Source of the DNA: Stappiaceae bacterium
Lineage (GTDB): Bacteria; Pseudomonadota; Alphaproteobacteria; Rhizobiales; Stappiaceae
Direction of reading: 5' to 3'
Length of the DNA: 64,000 bases
Assembly: GCA_964291365.2 (NCBI GenBank)
Contig: OZ219975.1
Coordinates: 693-64,692 of the forward strand
How positions within the stretch are numbered: the stretch's first letter is position 1; each line of letters begins with the position of its first letter. Both the position numbers and the translations under genes were made by a program. The notes beneath the pieces were generated by a model. The model was not told the origin of the DNA. It saw only the letters and a program-made list of their open reading frames with translations, and did no database searches. Shown here one piece after another: positions 21,881-34,040 of the stretch.

Positions 21881-24800
21881 GTGTGTTCCCAGTTTACCCA
21901 CTGTTCCCAGTGTGCCTACTGTTCCAGTGTGCTTGCTGTTCCAGTGTGCCAACTGTTCCCAGTATTCCTGCAATTCCCAGTATGCTTGCTGTTTCCAGTG
22001 TGCCTACTGTTCCCAGAGTGTCTGCTGTTCCCCATAGTCCTAGTGTGTTCCCAGTTTGCCTGCTATTTTCAGTGAGCCTGCTGTTCCCAGTGTGCCTGCT
22101 GTTCCTAGTTCCCTATGTTCCTATTATGTTCCCAGTTAGCCTGCTGTTCCCAGTGTGCCTGCTGTTCCTAGTTCCCTATGTTCCTATTATGTTCCCAGTT
22201 AGCCTGCTGTTCCCAGTGTGCCTGCTGTTCCTAGAGTGTCTGCTGTTCCCTATGTTCCTAGTGTGTTCCCTGTTTGCCTGCTATTTTCAGTGAGCCTGCT
22301 GTTCCCAGTGTGCCTGCTGTTCCTAGTTCCCTATGCTGTTACAGTGTTCCTGCTGTTACAGTGTTCCTGCTGTTCCTAGTTCCCTATGTTCCTAGTGTGT
22401 TCCCAGTTTGCCTGCTGTTCCCAGTGCGCCTACTGTTCCAGTGTGCTTGCTGTTCCAGTGTGCCAACTGTTCCCAGTGTGCCTGCTATTCCCAGTGTGCT
22501 TGCTGTTTCCAGTGTGCCTACTGTTCCGAGAGTGTCTGCTGTTCCCCATAGTCCTAGTGTGTTCCCAGTTTGCCTGCTATTTTCAGTGAGCCTGCTGTTC
22601 CCAGTGTTCCTGCTGTTCGTAGTTCCCTATGTTCTTAGTGTGTTCCCCGTTTTTCTGCTGTTCCCAGTGTGCGCGCTCTTCCTAGTTCCCAGTATTCCTA
22701 GTTCCCAGTATTCCTAGTGTGTTCCCCGTTTACTCGCTCTTCCCAGTGTGTCTGCTGTTCCATGAGTGCCTGCTGTTCCCAGTGTGCCTGCTGTTACCAA
22801 TGTGCCTGCTGTTCCCGGAGTGCCAACTGTTCCCACTGTGCCAACTTTTCCCAGTGTGCCTGTTATTCCCAGTGTGCTTGCTGTTCCCAGTGTGCCTACT
22901 GTTCTTAGAGTGTCTGCTCTTCCCTATGTTCCTAGTGTGTTCCCTATGTTCCTAGTGTGTTCCCAGTTTGATGGTATTTTCAGTGAGACTGCTGTTCTAG
23001 TTCTCTGTTCCTAGTTTGTTCCCAGTTTGCCTACTGTTCCCAGTTTGCCTACTGTTCCCAGTGTGCCTGCTGTTCCTAGAGTGTCTGCTGTTCCCTATGT
23101 TCCTAGTGTGTTCCCAGTTTGCCTGCTATTTTTCAGTGAGTCTGTTGTTCCCAGCGTGCCTGCTGTTCCTAGTTCCCTATGTTCCTAGTATGTTCCCAGT
23201 GTACCTGCTGTTACAGTGTTCCTGCTGTTCCTAGTTCCCTATGTTCCTAGTGTGTTCCCAGTTTGTCTGCTGTTCCCAGTGTGCCTACTGTTCCAGTGTG
23301 CTTGCTGTTCCAGTGTGCCAACTGTTCCAGTGTGCCAACTGTTCCCAGTGTGCCCGTTATTCCCTGTGTGCTTGCTGTTTCCAGTGTACCTACTGTTCCC
23401 TATGTTCCAAGTGTGTTCCCAGTTTGCCTGCTATATTCAGTGAGCCTGCTGTTCCCTTGTACCTGCTGTTCCTAGTTCCATATGTTCCTAGTTCCATATG
23501 TTCCTAGTTTGTTCCCAGTTTGTGTGCTGTTCCCTATGTTCCTAGTGTGTTCCCAGTTTGCCTGCTGTTTTCAGTGAGCCTGCTGTTCCCAGTGTGCCTG
23601 CTGTTCCTAGTTCCCTATGTTCCTAGTATATTCCCAGTGTGCCTGCTGTTAGTGTTCTTGCTCTTCCTAGTTCCCTATGTTCCTAGTGTGTTCCCAGTGT
23701 GCCTGCTGTTAGTGTTCCTGCTCTTCCTAGTTCCCTATGTTCCTAGTGTGTTCCCAGTTTGCCTGCTGTTCCCAGTGCGCCTACTGTTCCAGTGTGCTTG
23801 CTGTTCCAGTGTGCCAACTGTTCCCAGTGTGCCTGCTATTGCCAGTGTGCTTGCTGTTTCCAGAGTGCCTACTGTTCCGAGAGTGTCTGCTGTTCCCCAT
23901 AGTCCTAGTGTGTTACCAGTTTGCCTGCTATTTTCAGTGAGCCGGCTGTTCCCAGTGTTCCTGCTGTTCGTAGTTTCCTATGTTCTTAGTGTGTTCCCCG
24001 TTTGTCTGCTGTTCCCAGTGTGCGCGCTCTTCCTAGTTCCCAGTATTCCTAGTGTGTTCCCAGTTTACTCACTCTTCCCAGTGTGTCTGCTGTTCCATGA
24101 GTGCCTGCTATTCCTAGTGTGCCTGCTGTTACCAATGTGCCTGCTGTTCCCGGAGTGCCAACTGTTCCCACTGTGCCAACTTTTCCCAGTGTGCCTGTTA
24201 TTCCCAGTGTGCTTGCTGTTCCCAGTGTGCCTACTGTTCATAGAGTGTCTGCTGTTCCCTATGTTCCTAGTGTGTTCCCAGTTTGACTGGTATTTTCAGT
24301 GAGACTGCTGTTCTAGTTCTCTATGTTCCTAGTTTGTTCCCAGTTTTCCTACTGTTCCCAGTGTGCCTACTGTTCCCAGTGTGCCTGCTGTTCCTAGAGT
24401 GTCTGCTGTTCCCTATGTTCCTAGTGTGTTCCCAGTTTGCCTGCTATTTTTTATGAGCCTGCTGTTCCCAGTGTGCCTGCTGTTCCTAGTTCCCTATGTT
24501 CCTATTATGTTCCCAGTGTGCCTGCTGTTCCTTGAGTGTCTGCTGTTCCCTATGTTCCTAGTGTGTTCCCAGTTTGCCTGCTATTTTTAGTGTGCCTGCT
24601 GTTTCTAGTTCCCTTTGTTTCTAGTATGATCCCAGTTTTCCTCCTGTTCCCAGTGTGCCTGCTGTTACAGTGTTCCTGCTGTTCCTAGTCCCCTTTGTTC
24701 CTAGTATGATCCCAGTTTTCCTCCTGTTCCCAGTGTGCCTGCTGTTACAGTGTTCCTGCTGTTCCTAGTCCCTATGTTTCTAGTGTGTTCCCAGTTTACC

Positions 24801-27056
24801 TGCTGTTCCCAGTGTGCCTGTTGTTCCAGTGTGCCTGCTATTCCCAGTGTGCCAGCTGTTCCCAATGTGCCTGCTGTTCCCAGTGTGCCTGCTGTTCCAG
24901 GTGTGCCTGCTGTTCCTAGAGTGTCAGCTGTTCCCTATGGTCCTAGTGTGTTCCCAATCTGCCTGCTATTTTCAGTTAGCCTGCTATTTCCAGTGTGCCT
25001 GCTGTTCCTAGTTCTCTATGTTCCTAGCGTGTTCTGTTTGCCTGCTGTTCCCATTATGCCTGCTGTTCCTAGTTTTCTGTGTTCCTAGTGTGTTCTCAGT
25101 GTGCCTGCTGTTCCTAATCCCCTTTGTTCCTACTGTTCCCAGTGTGTCTGCTGTTCCAGTGTGCCTGCAGTTCCCAGTGTGTCTGCTGTTCCCAATGTGC
25201 CTGCTGTTCCCAGTGTGCCTACTGTTCCTAGAGTGTCTGCTGTTCCCTATGTTCCTAGTGTGTTTCTAATCAACCTGCTATTTCAGTGAGCCTGTTGTTT
25301 CCAGTGCGCCTGCTGTTCCCAGTTCTCTATGTTCCTAGCGTGTTCTCAGTCTGCCTGCTGTTCCCATTATGACTGCTGTTACTAGTTTCCCATGTTCCTA
25401 GCCAGTGCGTTCCCAGTGTGCCTGCTGTTCCTAATTCCCTTTGTTCCTAATTTGCCTGCTGTTCCCAAGGTGTCTGCTGTTCCAGTGTGCCTGCTGTTCT
25501 CAGTGTGTCTGCTGTTCCCAATTTACCTACTGTTCTCAGTGTGGCTGCTGTTCCTAGAATGTCTGCTGTTCCCTGTTTTTAGTTCAAAGTGTGCCTGCTG
25601 TTCCTGCTGTTCATAGAGTGTCTGCTGTTCTCAGTTTCTAGTTTACAGTGTGCCTAATATTTCAAAATTATGTGGCTGCTGTTCCCAGAGTGCCAACTGT
25701 TCCCACTGTGCCTACTCTTCCTAGAATGTCCGCTGTTCCCTATGTTCCTAGTGTGTTCCCAGTTTGCCTGCTCGAGCTCTTTTCAGTGATCCTGCTGTTC
25801 CCAGTGTGCCTGCTGTTCTTTGTTTCCTATGTTCCTAGTGTGTTCCCAGTTTGCCTGCTCAAGTTCTTTTCAGTGATCCTGCTGTTCCCAGTGTGCCTGC
25901 TGTTCTTAGTTTCCTATGTTTCTAGTGTGTTCTCAGTTTGCCTGCTATTCCCAGTGTGCCTGCTGTTCCAGTGTGCTTGCTGTTCCCAGTGAGCCTACTA
26001 TTCCCAGTGTGTCTGCTGTTCCTCTTTCCTATGTTGTTCCCAGTTTGCCTGCTGTTCCCAGTGTGCCTGGTGTTCCCAGTGCACCTGCTGTTCCCAATTT
26101 GTCTGCCTTTCCCGGAGTGCCAACTGTTCACACTGTGCCAACGGTTCCCAGTGTGCCTCCTATTTCCAGCGTGCTTGCTGTTCCCAGTGTGCCTACTGTT
26201 CCTAGAGTGTCTACTGTTCCCTATATTCCTAGTGTGTTCCCAGTTTTCCTGCAGTTCCCAGTTTACCTGCTGTTCCCAGTGTGCCTACTGTTCCAGTGTG
26301 CCCGCTGTTCCCAGTGAGCCTGCTGTTCCCAATGTGCCTGCTGTTCCCAGAGCGCCAACTGTTCTCACTGTGCCAACTGTTCCCAGTGTGCCTGCTATTC
26401 CCAGTGTGCTTGCTGTTCCCAGTGTTCCTACCGTTCCTAAAGTGTCTGCTCTTCCCTATGTTCCTAGTGTGCTCCCAGTTTGCCTGCTATTTTTAGTGAG
26501 CCTGCTGTTCCCAGTGTGCCTGCTGTTTCTAGTTTCCTATGTTCCCAGTGTGTTCCCAGTTTGTCTGCTGTTCCCAGTGTGCCTGCTATTCCTAGTTCCC
26601 TATGTTCCTAGTGTGCTCCCTGTTTACCTGCTGTTCTCAGTGTCCCTGCTGTTCCAGTGTGCCCGCTGTTCCCAGTGTGCCTGCTGTTCCCAATGTGCCT
26701 GCTGTTCCCAGAGTGCCAACTGTTCTCACTGTTCCAACATTTCCCAGTATGAATGCTATTCCCAGTGTGCTTGCTGTTCCAAGTGTGCCTACTGTTCCTA
26801 GAGTGTCTGCTATTCCTCTATGTTCCTAGTGTATTCCCAGTTTGCCTGCTATTTTCAGTGAGCCTGCTGTTCCCAGCGTGCCTGCTGTTCCTAGTTCTCT
26901 ATGTTCCTAGTGTGTTCCCAGTTTGCCTGCTGTTCCCAGTGTGCCTGCTGTTCCCAGCGTGCCTGCTGTTCCTAGTTCTCTATGTTCCTAGTGTGTTCCC
27001 AGTTTGCCTGCTGTTCCCAGTGTGCCTGCTGTTCCATGTGTGCCTGCTGTTCCCAA
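21881..27056 (+). repeat. 5.2-kb minisatellite with an 18-bp base unit (CTGCTGTTCCCAGTGTGC and 12/15/18-bp variants) and higher-order repeats
   Basis: Direct read. A is by far the rarest base on the + strand. Higher-order periodicity shows in near-identical ORF peptides at 22386 and 23737 (1351 bp apart) and in gtgcccgctgttccc at about 26298 and 26658 (360 bp apart). It is preceded by a 15-G run at 21835-21849. Confidence 0.9.
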
Positions 27057-27617
27057 TATTATGATTTATCTGATGACAACTAGCTATGATCAGAGAATGG
27101 GCAGTGTTTGTGACTAAGCCCAATGCTATTTAGAGGCTAGCTTTGTTTCTATCTTATATTAATACCCAGCATGCATGTGCAAGGGGTAAGGTAGTTGATC
27201 TTGTCATGTGTTGTCATCCATATGAAAGTCACCAAATCTCGAGTGATAGCGAGTAGACAATGCTGTTGAGAGGTTGGAAAAAAAAAACAATTACTCTCTT
27301 CTAAGTGCCTAACAAGTGTGTACCAGGAATGGTACAAATCGTGCATTTGATCTGACGTGCCTATCAAGCACACCTAGTACCTACATGTATGCCATGTCAG
27401 CTGCAATGCTGTTTCAACTGCTTGTGTGACTTCAAACTAGGTAATGGTCACTGATGTTATGAACTGATCTATTGATCAGCTACCATAAACAATTCATAGC
27501 TATGTGTGAGTGGGGTATGTGTTCTGGAGAGCTCTAGTATAATGTCATATTAATCGTTCATATGCGCAGCCTATTTTCTGTGGAGCTTATGATAAGATTA
27601 TTATTATAAACATGTGA

Positions 27618-27743
27618 TATACATGTATCAAACGCATATATGATGTGAGTGAGTACTTGGCTGAGTCCAGAAGGATTCGTGCAGAACAAGATAGGGCATA
27701 TGCGGAATCTTTGGCCGCAGACCAGGCAAAAGAAAAGGCAAAG
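27618..27743 (+). other. Possible isolated coding fragment with a FAF1/FAF2 (UBX-protein) like motif
   Basis: The open frame reads ..SEYLAESRRIRAEQDRAYAESLAADQAKEKAK followed by gtatat (GT at 27744). The motif EQD.AY..SL.AD..KE resembles the conserved stretch preceding UBX domains in FAF1 and FAF2, from my memory of those proteins. No further exons were found. Confidence 0.25.
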
Positions 27744-28852
27744 GTATATGCGTATATACTCGTGTATGCATATAATATAGTTCAAGAGCTCATAAAAACT
27801 AAGAAAAGAGGAAGAGCATGTAACTTGAACTGGGAAAAATTTTTGAAATGTACTAAAAATAGAACATCCAGTCAAGAGTAAACTAAAAATTTGTAAATCT
27901 AAGTGTAAAAATCTCTTCATGGCATGTTCAAAGCTCATTGGTTGATGCTAGTGCTTGGACATTGCACTCAGTGTGGTTTTGCACATGATCAGATATTCTA
28001 TTTTTAGTATCAGTCAAAAATTCTGCCCTGTACACTAATGTCTATGGGAGTTACATGCTCTTTCTCTCCTTGCATTAGTTCTTATGCGCTCTTGTATAGT
28101 TCTATCCCACTACATGGGCGTATCAAAGGAAACAGCTGGACTGTAGAGAAGTTATCACCAGGTGATATTTTAGTTATCACCCGATAGTGACGCCAGTTAT
28201 CACCCGGATGTGAAGTTCAACATTGTCAATAACGTACATAAAGAATTAAATATGCAAGTCTAGTCATTGCTAATCTTCTAGTTCGACTCTCTACAATCGT
28301 TTCAACACCAATGTAGGCAAGGAGTAGCTGTAGCTCTACTCCTGCAAGAACAGCTTGAAGCACTGGATAAATATGCTCACTCGGAAGGTACAGTAGTCCA
28401 CACACAATGCTTACACTTGCTGACTCTGGTCCTGCTTTGGAATATCGGTCAAATTCCTTGAGTAGTGTCGACAAAAATACAGCCCTTGAGTGAGCTCTTC
28501 CTCGCTTTAGCTTACATCTTACGATGATTTTTAGGGTGACGGAGGCCTCCTCACACTTGTCATTGACAACTTCTTTCCGGATTCCCCAAGGTTTCAAATC
28601 TTGAGTCGTACGATCACATAGTCTTCGCTATCATAATTAATAGCCTCAGCACTATTGTTATAGCGTAACATTCCAAGGAAAGAAGGCAAATTCACTGGGC
28701 AACAAGCATACCAGCTAGAGCTACATAGCTACTGAGATTGAGACTGAACTGCACAGATTAATGATCAAACCATACCTTGAATGTGATTGGTTGCTGACCT
28801 AATGATGTCATTGTCTCGGAATTCATTGCCATGGCGAGGTCAGGTAGCATAT

Positions 28853-29528
28853 GTGACCGGATATGAGAAAACCCGCCATATTGCCCATTCTGTGAAATTT
28901 TAGTTAGCTGTATTTTTGAAAACCTCTACCATAGAGCTAACCTACCTCCAAGTCTGAGACCGATCGCGCGCTTCGCTTTGGAGCTAGAGCGCTTTGTTCA
29001 CGATCGCGCTACAAGCATAGAAAACGAGAAATTACTGTCTGAAGGCGTTGCTATGTACGCGTATAGCGTTTCCGTATACTACGCGTGAACCGGAAATCTA
29101 TTAAATGGACCTGGGTGGAGCCGTTCGAAATGAACGCTAAGGTCAAGCTAGTCGCGAACTTCGTCGTCGATAACTAGAGCCGCTTCTTCTTCGATACCTA
29201 AGAAGCTTAAAAGGTGAGTGAACGTTCAGTAGTTCGACGAATCTAGCTGTATCCAGATAGCCCGGAGCGGGAATTCTAATTAACGCCCTTAGCAACGGGC
29301 TCCGTGTACGGCAGTTGTACAGACTAGGTATGTCGAAATGAAGGCTTATTTCGCCTTGGTAACTGACGCTTACCCTCCGTAGGTGACGGCAAAGGATAAT
29401 AGAAAGGTTTTCTGACATAAATATGACAAGAACTGGACTTTGACATTTTTTTACCTGTGGTACTAAAAACGCGCATTGCGCCATATGCGCGTTTGGACAA
29501 TATGCCGGGTTTTCTCAGATACGGTCAC
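28853..29528. mobile_element. MITE B (GTGACCGGAT[AT]TGAGAAAACCC TIRs)
   Basis: The TIRs are gtgaccggatatgagaaaacccg and cgggttttctcagatacggtcac. They are flanked by ATAT on both sides (28849-28852 and 29529-29532). It is homologous to 47761-47427-type copy at 47761-48427. It shares the GTGACC terminus with the 29639-33655 element. Confidence 0.85.
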
Positions 29529-29916
29529 ATATACATTTCCATGATCTGTGGGATAGAAACCAGTTATATCCCGGATATGCGTGTATAACATATGGATATT
29601 GTACTCACACCGGGATATAACTATAACCAAGAGTATATGTGACCCGCTATGGAAAAATCGACCATTTGCAAGAAAATATGATTTTGCAGGACAGGGTTCT
29701 AAAGTCGCCAGAACTTTTTTTTTCCAAATTTTTTTCTTGTCATTTTGTGAAAGTATGATCTTTTCTGTGTTCATTCATAAATTTTCATCGCAATATAATG
29801 TTGTTTAACTACTATAACGATCGGGAGAAAGAAGGGACTCTAGTTTTAGCTAGCTACGTGCACGGACTTACAGTAATTATCGATCAATAAAAATCTACAT
29901 GTAGCGGGTAGTCTCC

Positions 29917-30082
29917 ATGACAATACCCGCGCTTAGCTCTCACGCACAGTGCATGCAGGCAGCAATGGCCGACAACATAGCTCGAGCTCTCAACCTTCTT
30001 GGTTCCGACCGCGATCTCTTCAACTCAGCAGACAGAGACGCCTTCCTCGATCTCATTGATGAGTACCTCGACGAACCCGAAG
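29917..30082 (+). CDS. Family-A transposase, exon 1
   Basis: The ATG is at 29917 (MTIPALSSHAQCMQAAMADNIARALN..DEYLDEPE). The donor is G|GTATAG at 30083. Phase 1 joins in frame to exon 2. Confidence 0.6.
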
Positions 30083-30204
30083 GTATAGCCCCACCCTTTA
30101 ATTATCCAGTACCATGTGAATTCAATAATAACATCAAAATCTATGCAAATTATCTACTGTAGACCTAGACGACTCGCTAGCAGTACCTAGTCTCGATCTT
30201 CCAG

Positions 30205-30852
30205 AGGTGGCTGACAGCCCAGGCTCTCCTGAAGTGGATAGCAGGCTTGGTCAGCCAGAGGAAGAGCCTGAGGAAGAGCCCCAGAAAGATGATGACGAGG
30301 AAGAGCCAGCACGTGAGGAGCCAACTGCAGCTGAAATTGTGCAGGCTGGAGTTGCTCGAGGACAGTTAGATGTGGCAAGTGTCCCCATGGACCAACGAGA
30401 GCTGGATGTAACTGAAGAGAGGCTCATCCAGGAGTTTGTACGCGATGGCTGCAAGTGTGACCTTGGTCCAAACTGTAGTCCTTGTTCCACCTCCATCACA
30501 GTTGATCACTTTCGATCATTACGCTGTCAGATGGCTGACCCGACCCATGAGGAGCTGGATTTGGTGGTCATGGGTCAAGTGATGGCTGGCTGCTTCTCGG
30601 CGGAGACATTCCGTAAGCAGGAGAGAAGCAGATCCTTTACCATCTTCTACCACAATGGCACCAGGATCTGCCAGAAGACCTTCCTTTTCCTCCACACCAT
30701 GGGCTACGGGCGCTTTAAGGCTATTAAGGCCAGCTTCATGGCAAATGGAGTGGTTGCTCGAGTCCATGGCAACAAGAGGAAGAGTAGAAGGAAGGACAGG
30801 CTGACACTGCAACAGATTGAGGATGTTGTCCAGTTCGTCATAAACTATGCTG
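30205..30852 (+). CDS. Family-A transposase, exon 2
   Basis: The acceptor is ttccAG at 30203-30204. The frame of ORF 30207-31115 is open (..VADSPGSPEV..CKCDLGPNCSPCSTS..RICQKTFLFLHTMGYGRFKAIKASF..VQFVINYA). The donor G|GTGAGT is at 30853. Confidence 0.7.
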
Positions 30853-30859
30853 GTGAGTG

Positions 30860-31095
<236 letters not shown>

Positions 31096-31190
31096 ATGAA
31101 AATTTGGCAGTTTAAGTGCATGTATACCACAACACTGCATTACACTTGAGCTGCAATTGTATACAATAGTTCTATTTCACAACTTACCAG

Positions 31191-31477
31191 ACTCCAACGC
31201 CATGCTGCTACCAGGGAGAGTACCTGGTTACAAGAGCTCAGATGTGAAGCTCCTCCCATCCAGCACCACCAAACACTCCATCTGGGAGCTCTACCTTCAA
31301 GCAGCAGCAAACAGTTCGATGAGGGCGCTGGCATACCCAACCTTCACCCAGCTCTGGCGGCAACTACTCCCCCACATCCTAGTGATGAAGCCAATGAGTG
31401 ATCTGTGTTGGGTATGCCAGCAAAATAGTACTGCCATCATGCGCTCTGCAAATCGCCCTGAAGAGGAGAAGTCAACT
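31191..31477 (+). CDS. Family-A transposase, exon 3
   Basis: The acceptor is ttaccAG at 31189-31190. The phase-1 junction restores the frame of ORF 31157-31516 (DSNAMLLPGRVPGYK..MSDLCWVCQQNSTAIMRSANRPEEEKST). The donor ACT|GTAAGT is at 31478. Confidence 0.7.
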
Positions 31478-31591
31478 GTAAGTACATACATACATGTATG
31501 CATAATGTCACACTAATGTAACTGTATAGTGTGGCTATGGGTGAGCATTAATTAAGTACATAATAATGCACTGTACATAAACATCATGCAG

Positions 31592-32800
31592 ACTATCCGA
31601 CAAGCTGAGCTCCATCTCCTTGACGTGACGACAGAGAGGTCGGTGTATCAAGGAGCACTGGAAAAGGCCAAGTTGTCAGTGGTGCCCTATTTCACCATCG
31701 ACGGCACCTTCTCCCCACCACCACCAGCATCCCAGCGACCAGCCAACAAGACACCCATCTCTGCCCACTACAGTTTCGACATGGCGCAGCAGGTGTTCTA
31801 CCCCAACGACCCCCTCCAGCCCGGCCCAATGTACTTTCTAACACCACGAAAGTGTGCGATTTTTGGAGTGTGCTGTGAGGCCATTCCCCGACAAATCAAT
31901 TACCTCATTGATGAAGCTGTCGATATGGGGAAGGGCTCCAACGCCATCGTCAGCATGCTCCACCACTTCTTCGTACACCATGGGCTGGGTGAGGAGACGG
32001 TACACCTGCACGCCGACAACTGTGGTGGGCAGAACAAGAACGCAACCATGGTGCAGTATCTCCTTTGGCGTGTTATGACCGGTCAACACAAGCACATCAC
32101 GCTCTCGTTCATGATTCCCGGCCATACGAAGTTTAGCCCCGACTGGTGCTTCGGACTCCTCAAGAAGAAGTACAGGAGGACGAAAGTCGGTGGTCTAACG
32201 GACTTGGTCGGGGTCGTGAATGAGTCGGCATCGGTCAACACAGCTCAACCAACAGGACTGGAGGATGGGAGTGTTCTGGTGACCACGTACGACTGGCAGG
32301 AGTACTTCAAGACCTTCTGCACCAAAGACAACGGGATCAAGAAGCTCCACCACCTTCGGTTTGACTCAGCACATCCAGTCTACATCTTTGTGAAGGAGAG
32401 AGCTGAGTCAACCGAAGTGAAGAGGTCGATCTTGAAGGTCAAGTCGTGGTCACCAGTGGCAGGTCAACTACCTCCAGTCCTACCTCCATCAGGTCTCTCC
32501 AACCAGCGGCAGTGGTACTTGTTCCACAAGATCCGTGAGTTCTGCCCGGAGAACTTGAAGGACATCACGTGCCCTCGGCCAGCTGCTCCACCAGAGGATT
32601 CGTCACCTTCGCGGTCACCATCTGCAACACCACCACCAAGTTCAAGCCCCTCATCCACTCCTCTTCTCACCACCACCACCGCTGGGGCCACCTCCACAAC
32701 TACCACCACTGCTACGGATGAGCCTCCAGCCAAACGATCACGGCTCTGTGGAGCATGTCGGCAACCAGGGTACAATGCTCGAACATGCCCTAATAAATAA
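31592..32800 (+). CDS. Family-A transposase, exon 4 (catalytic core and C-terminal knuckle)
   Basis: The acceptor is catgcAG at 31590-31591. The frame of ORF 31586-32800 is open through AHYSFDMAQQVFYP, HLHADNCGGQNKN, FMIPGHTKFSPD (candidate acidic triad regions), a P/S/T-rich tail and CGACRQPGYNARTC. The TAA stop is at 32798-32800. The four exons sum to 2310 nt, giving 769 codons plus the stop. Confidence 0.8.
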   Translation, partial: TIRQAELHLLDVTTERSVYQGALEKAKLSVVPYFTIDGTFSPPPPASQRPANKTPISAHYSFDMAQQVFYPNDPLQPGPMYFLTPRKCAIFGVCCEAIPRQINYLIDEAVDMGKGSNAIVSMLHHFFVHHGLGEETVHLHADNCGGQNKNATMVQYLLWRVMTGQHKHITLSFMIPGHTKFSPDWCFGLLKKKYRRTKVGGLTDLVGVVNESASVNTAQPTGLEDGSVLVTTYDWQEYFKTFCTKDNGIKKLHHLRFDSAHPVYIFVKERAESTEVKRSILKVKSWSPVAGQLPPVLPPSGLSNQRQWYLFHKIREFCPENLKDITCPRPAAPPEDSSPSRSPSATPPPSSSPSSTPLLTTTTAGATSTTTTTATDEPPAKRSRLCGACRQPGYNARTCPNK

Positions 32801-33664
32801 TTATTTTTTATGCTTATTACATGTTCATAGTTCTCTCTCTCTATCTCTTTCTCTCCCTCTCTTTCTCTTTTCTCTCTCTCTCTCTCTCCACATTATTTAT
32901 ATCATCACACTACACCTTGTTTTTGTTGTTGCTGTTGTTGCTGCTGCCGTTAATAGCAGATGACCAGGCTCGTCCCAGGCCCTTTGGCCAGGGTAACAAA
33001 AAGAACCTGAACAAGAGAGATCATACTAAGCCGCGCTTGTACTGAATGTGCTCTAAACATAGCGCACGGTCGCTTAGCTATAGCCTTGAGTATAGATGTA
33101 GTATGCCAACAGCTATACAACTATCCCCATGCTTACCAAAACATAAACAAAAAGCTTCATAGCTAGAAACGATCCCCATAGCCAGCATCATTTTTATCTC
33201 CCTTCATAGATGCCGGCCAGAACGCTAGACTTCACACTGAAAGACAACCCCGCCCCGGCCCAGGACAAGTACACGTAGCCTAACACGAACGAAGGTTAAA
33301 TAGAACCTACGCAGCGTACCTTTCTTAGTGTTCTTGCCTATTCTTCTTCTCCGCCTCAGCTGTCTTTCCCGGCAAATCCATTAAGCCGGTTAACCACGCG
33401 GTGTGACACGGAGCGTATACGGAAACATTGAACGTTGAGCTATGTACGTACAAAACGCTCCGTTTCTCGAAAAATTGTAAACTGAGACACGGGTGACCCG
33501 TGTACGATTTTTAGGCCATAACACGGCCTAGGAACCTTTTTAGAACCTGATTCTTTGACCGTTGACCTCTACAGTAAATTCTGCGTCGATCCATACCAAA
33601 AACGCGAATTTCGTAAAAAAAATTGCAAATGGTAGATTTTCTCATAGCGGGTCACATAATTATA

Positions 33665-34040
33665 GTAAGATAAGGAAGAGAGTATCGAACACGCTATATT
33701 GTCCGTGTATTATGTGATCAGAAAGTCACACGCCAGGAATTCAAACATTGACCAATGAGCGTGCTCGATTCAAATAACGAATTATGGGCGTGACCTCGAG
33801 TGCAAACTAATGCGAGTGCAATAGTGGCTGAAACGCGAGCAGATCGCGATACAAAACGAACGTTCATGAAGAATCTAGCATAAAACTCACGAAAAATGCC
33901 CCTGTTCATCGCAGTCCTGAGAAAAATCGAGTGTTTAGCAACTTGGCTTAGTCATGTGCGCAAGGCTGGAAGTCACGTTACTCTCCGAAAACATATTACA
34001 CGGACCATATAGAGCGTTCGATACTCTCATGTCTTATTAC
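33665..34040. mobile_element. MITE with TIRs of about 48 bp
   Basis: The TIRs are gtaagataaggaagagagtatcgaacacgctatattgtccgtgtattatg and catattacacggaccatatagagcgttcgatactctcatgtcttattac. It has no coding capacity. Confidence 0.75.

Noticed and set aside
21850-27064. About 35 overlapping ORFs in the minisatellite as protein-coding genes
   Set aside because: All three + frames are open simultaneously because the unit lacks stop-forming triplets. There is no start or stop structure, and the frame changes between higher-order copies. This is kept only as a low-probability possibility in the findings.
28226-28597. 123-aa minus-strand ORF as a gene
   Set aside because: I recognise no domain or motif in it, and it has no clear start or splice context. 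It lies in TE-rich sequence between short inverted repeats. I left it unannotated.
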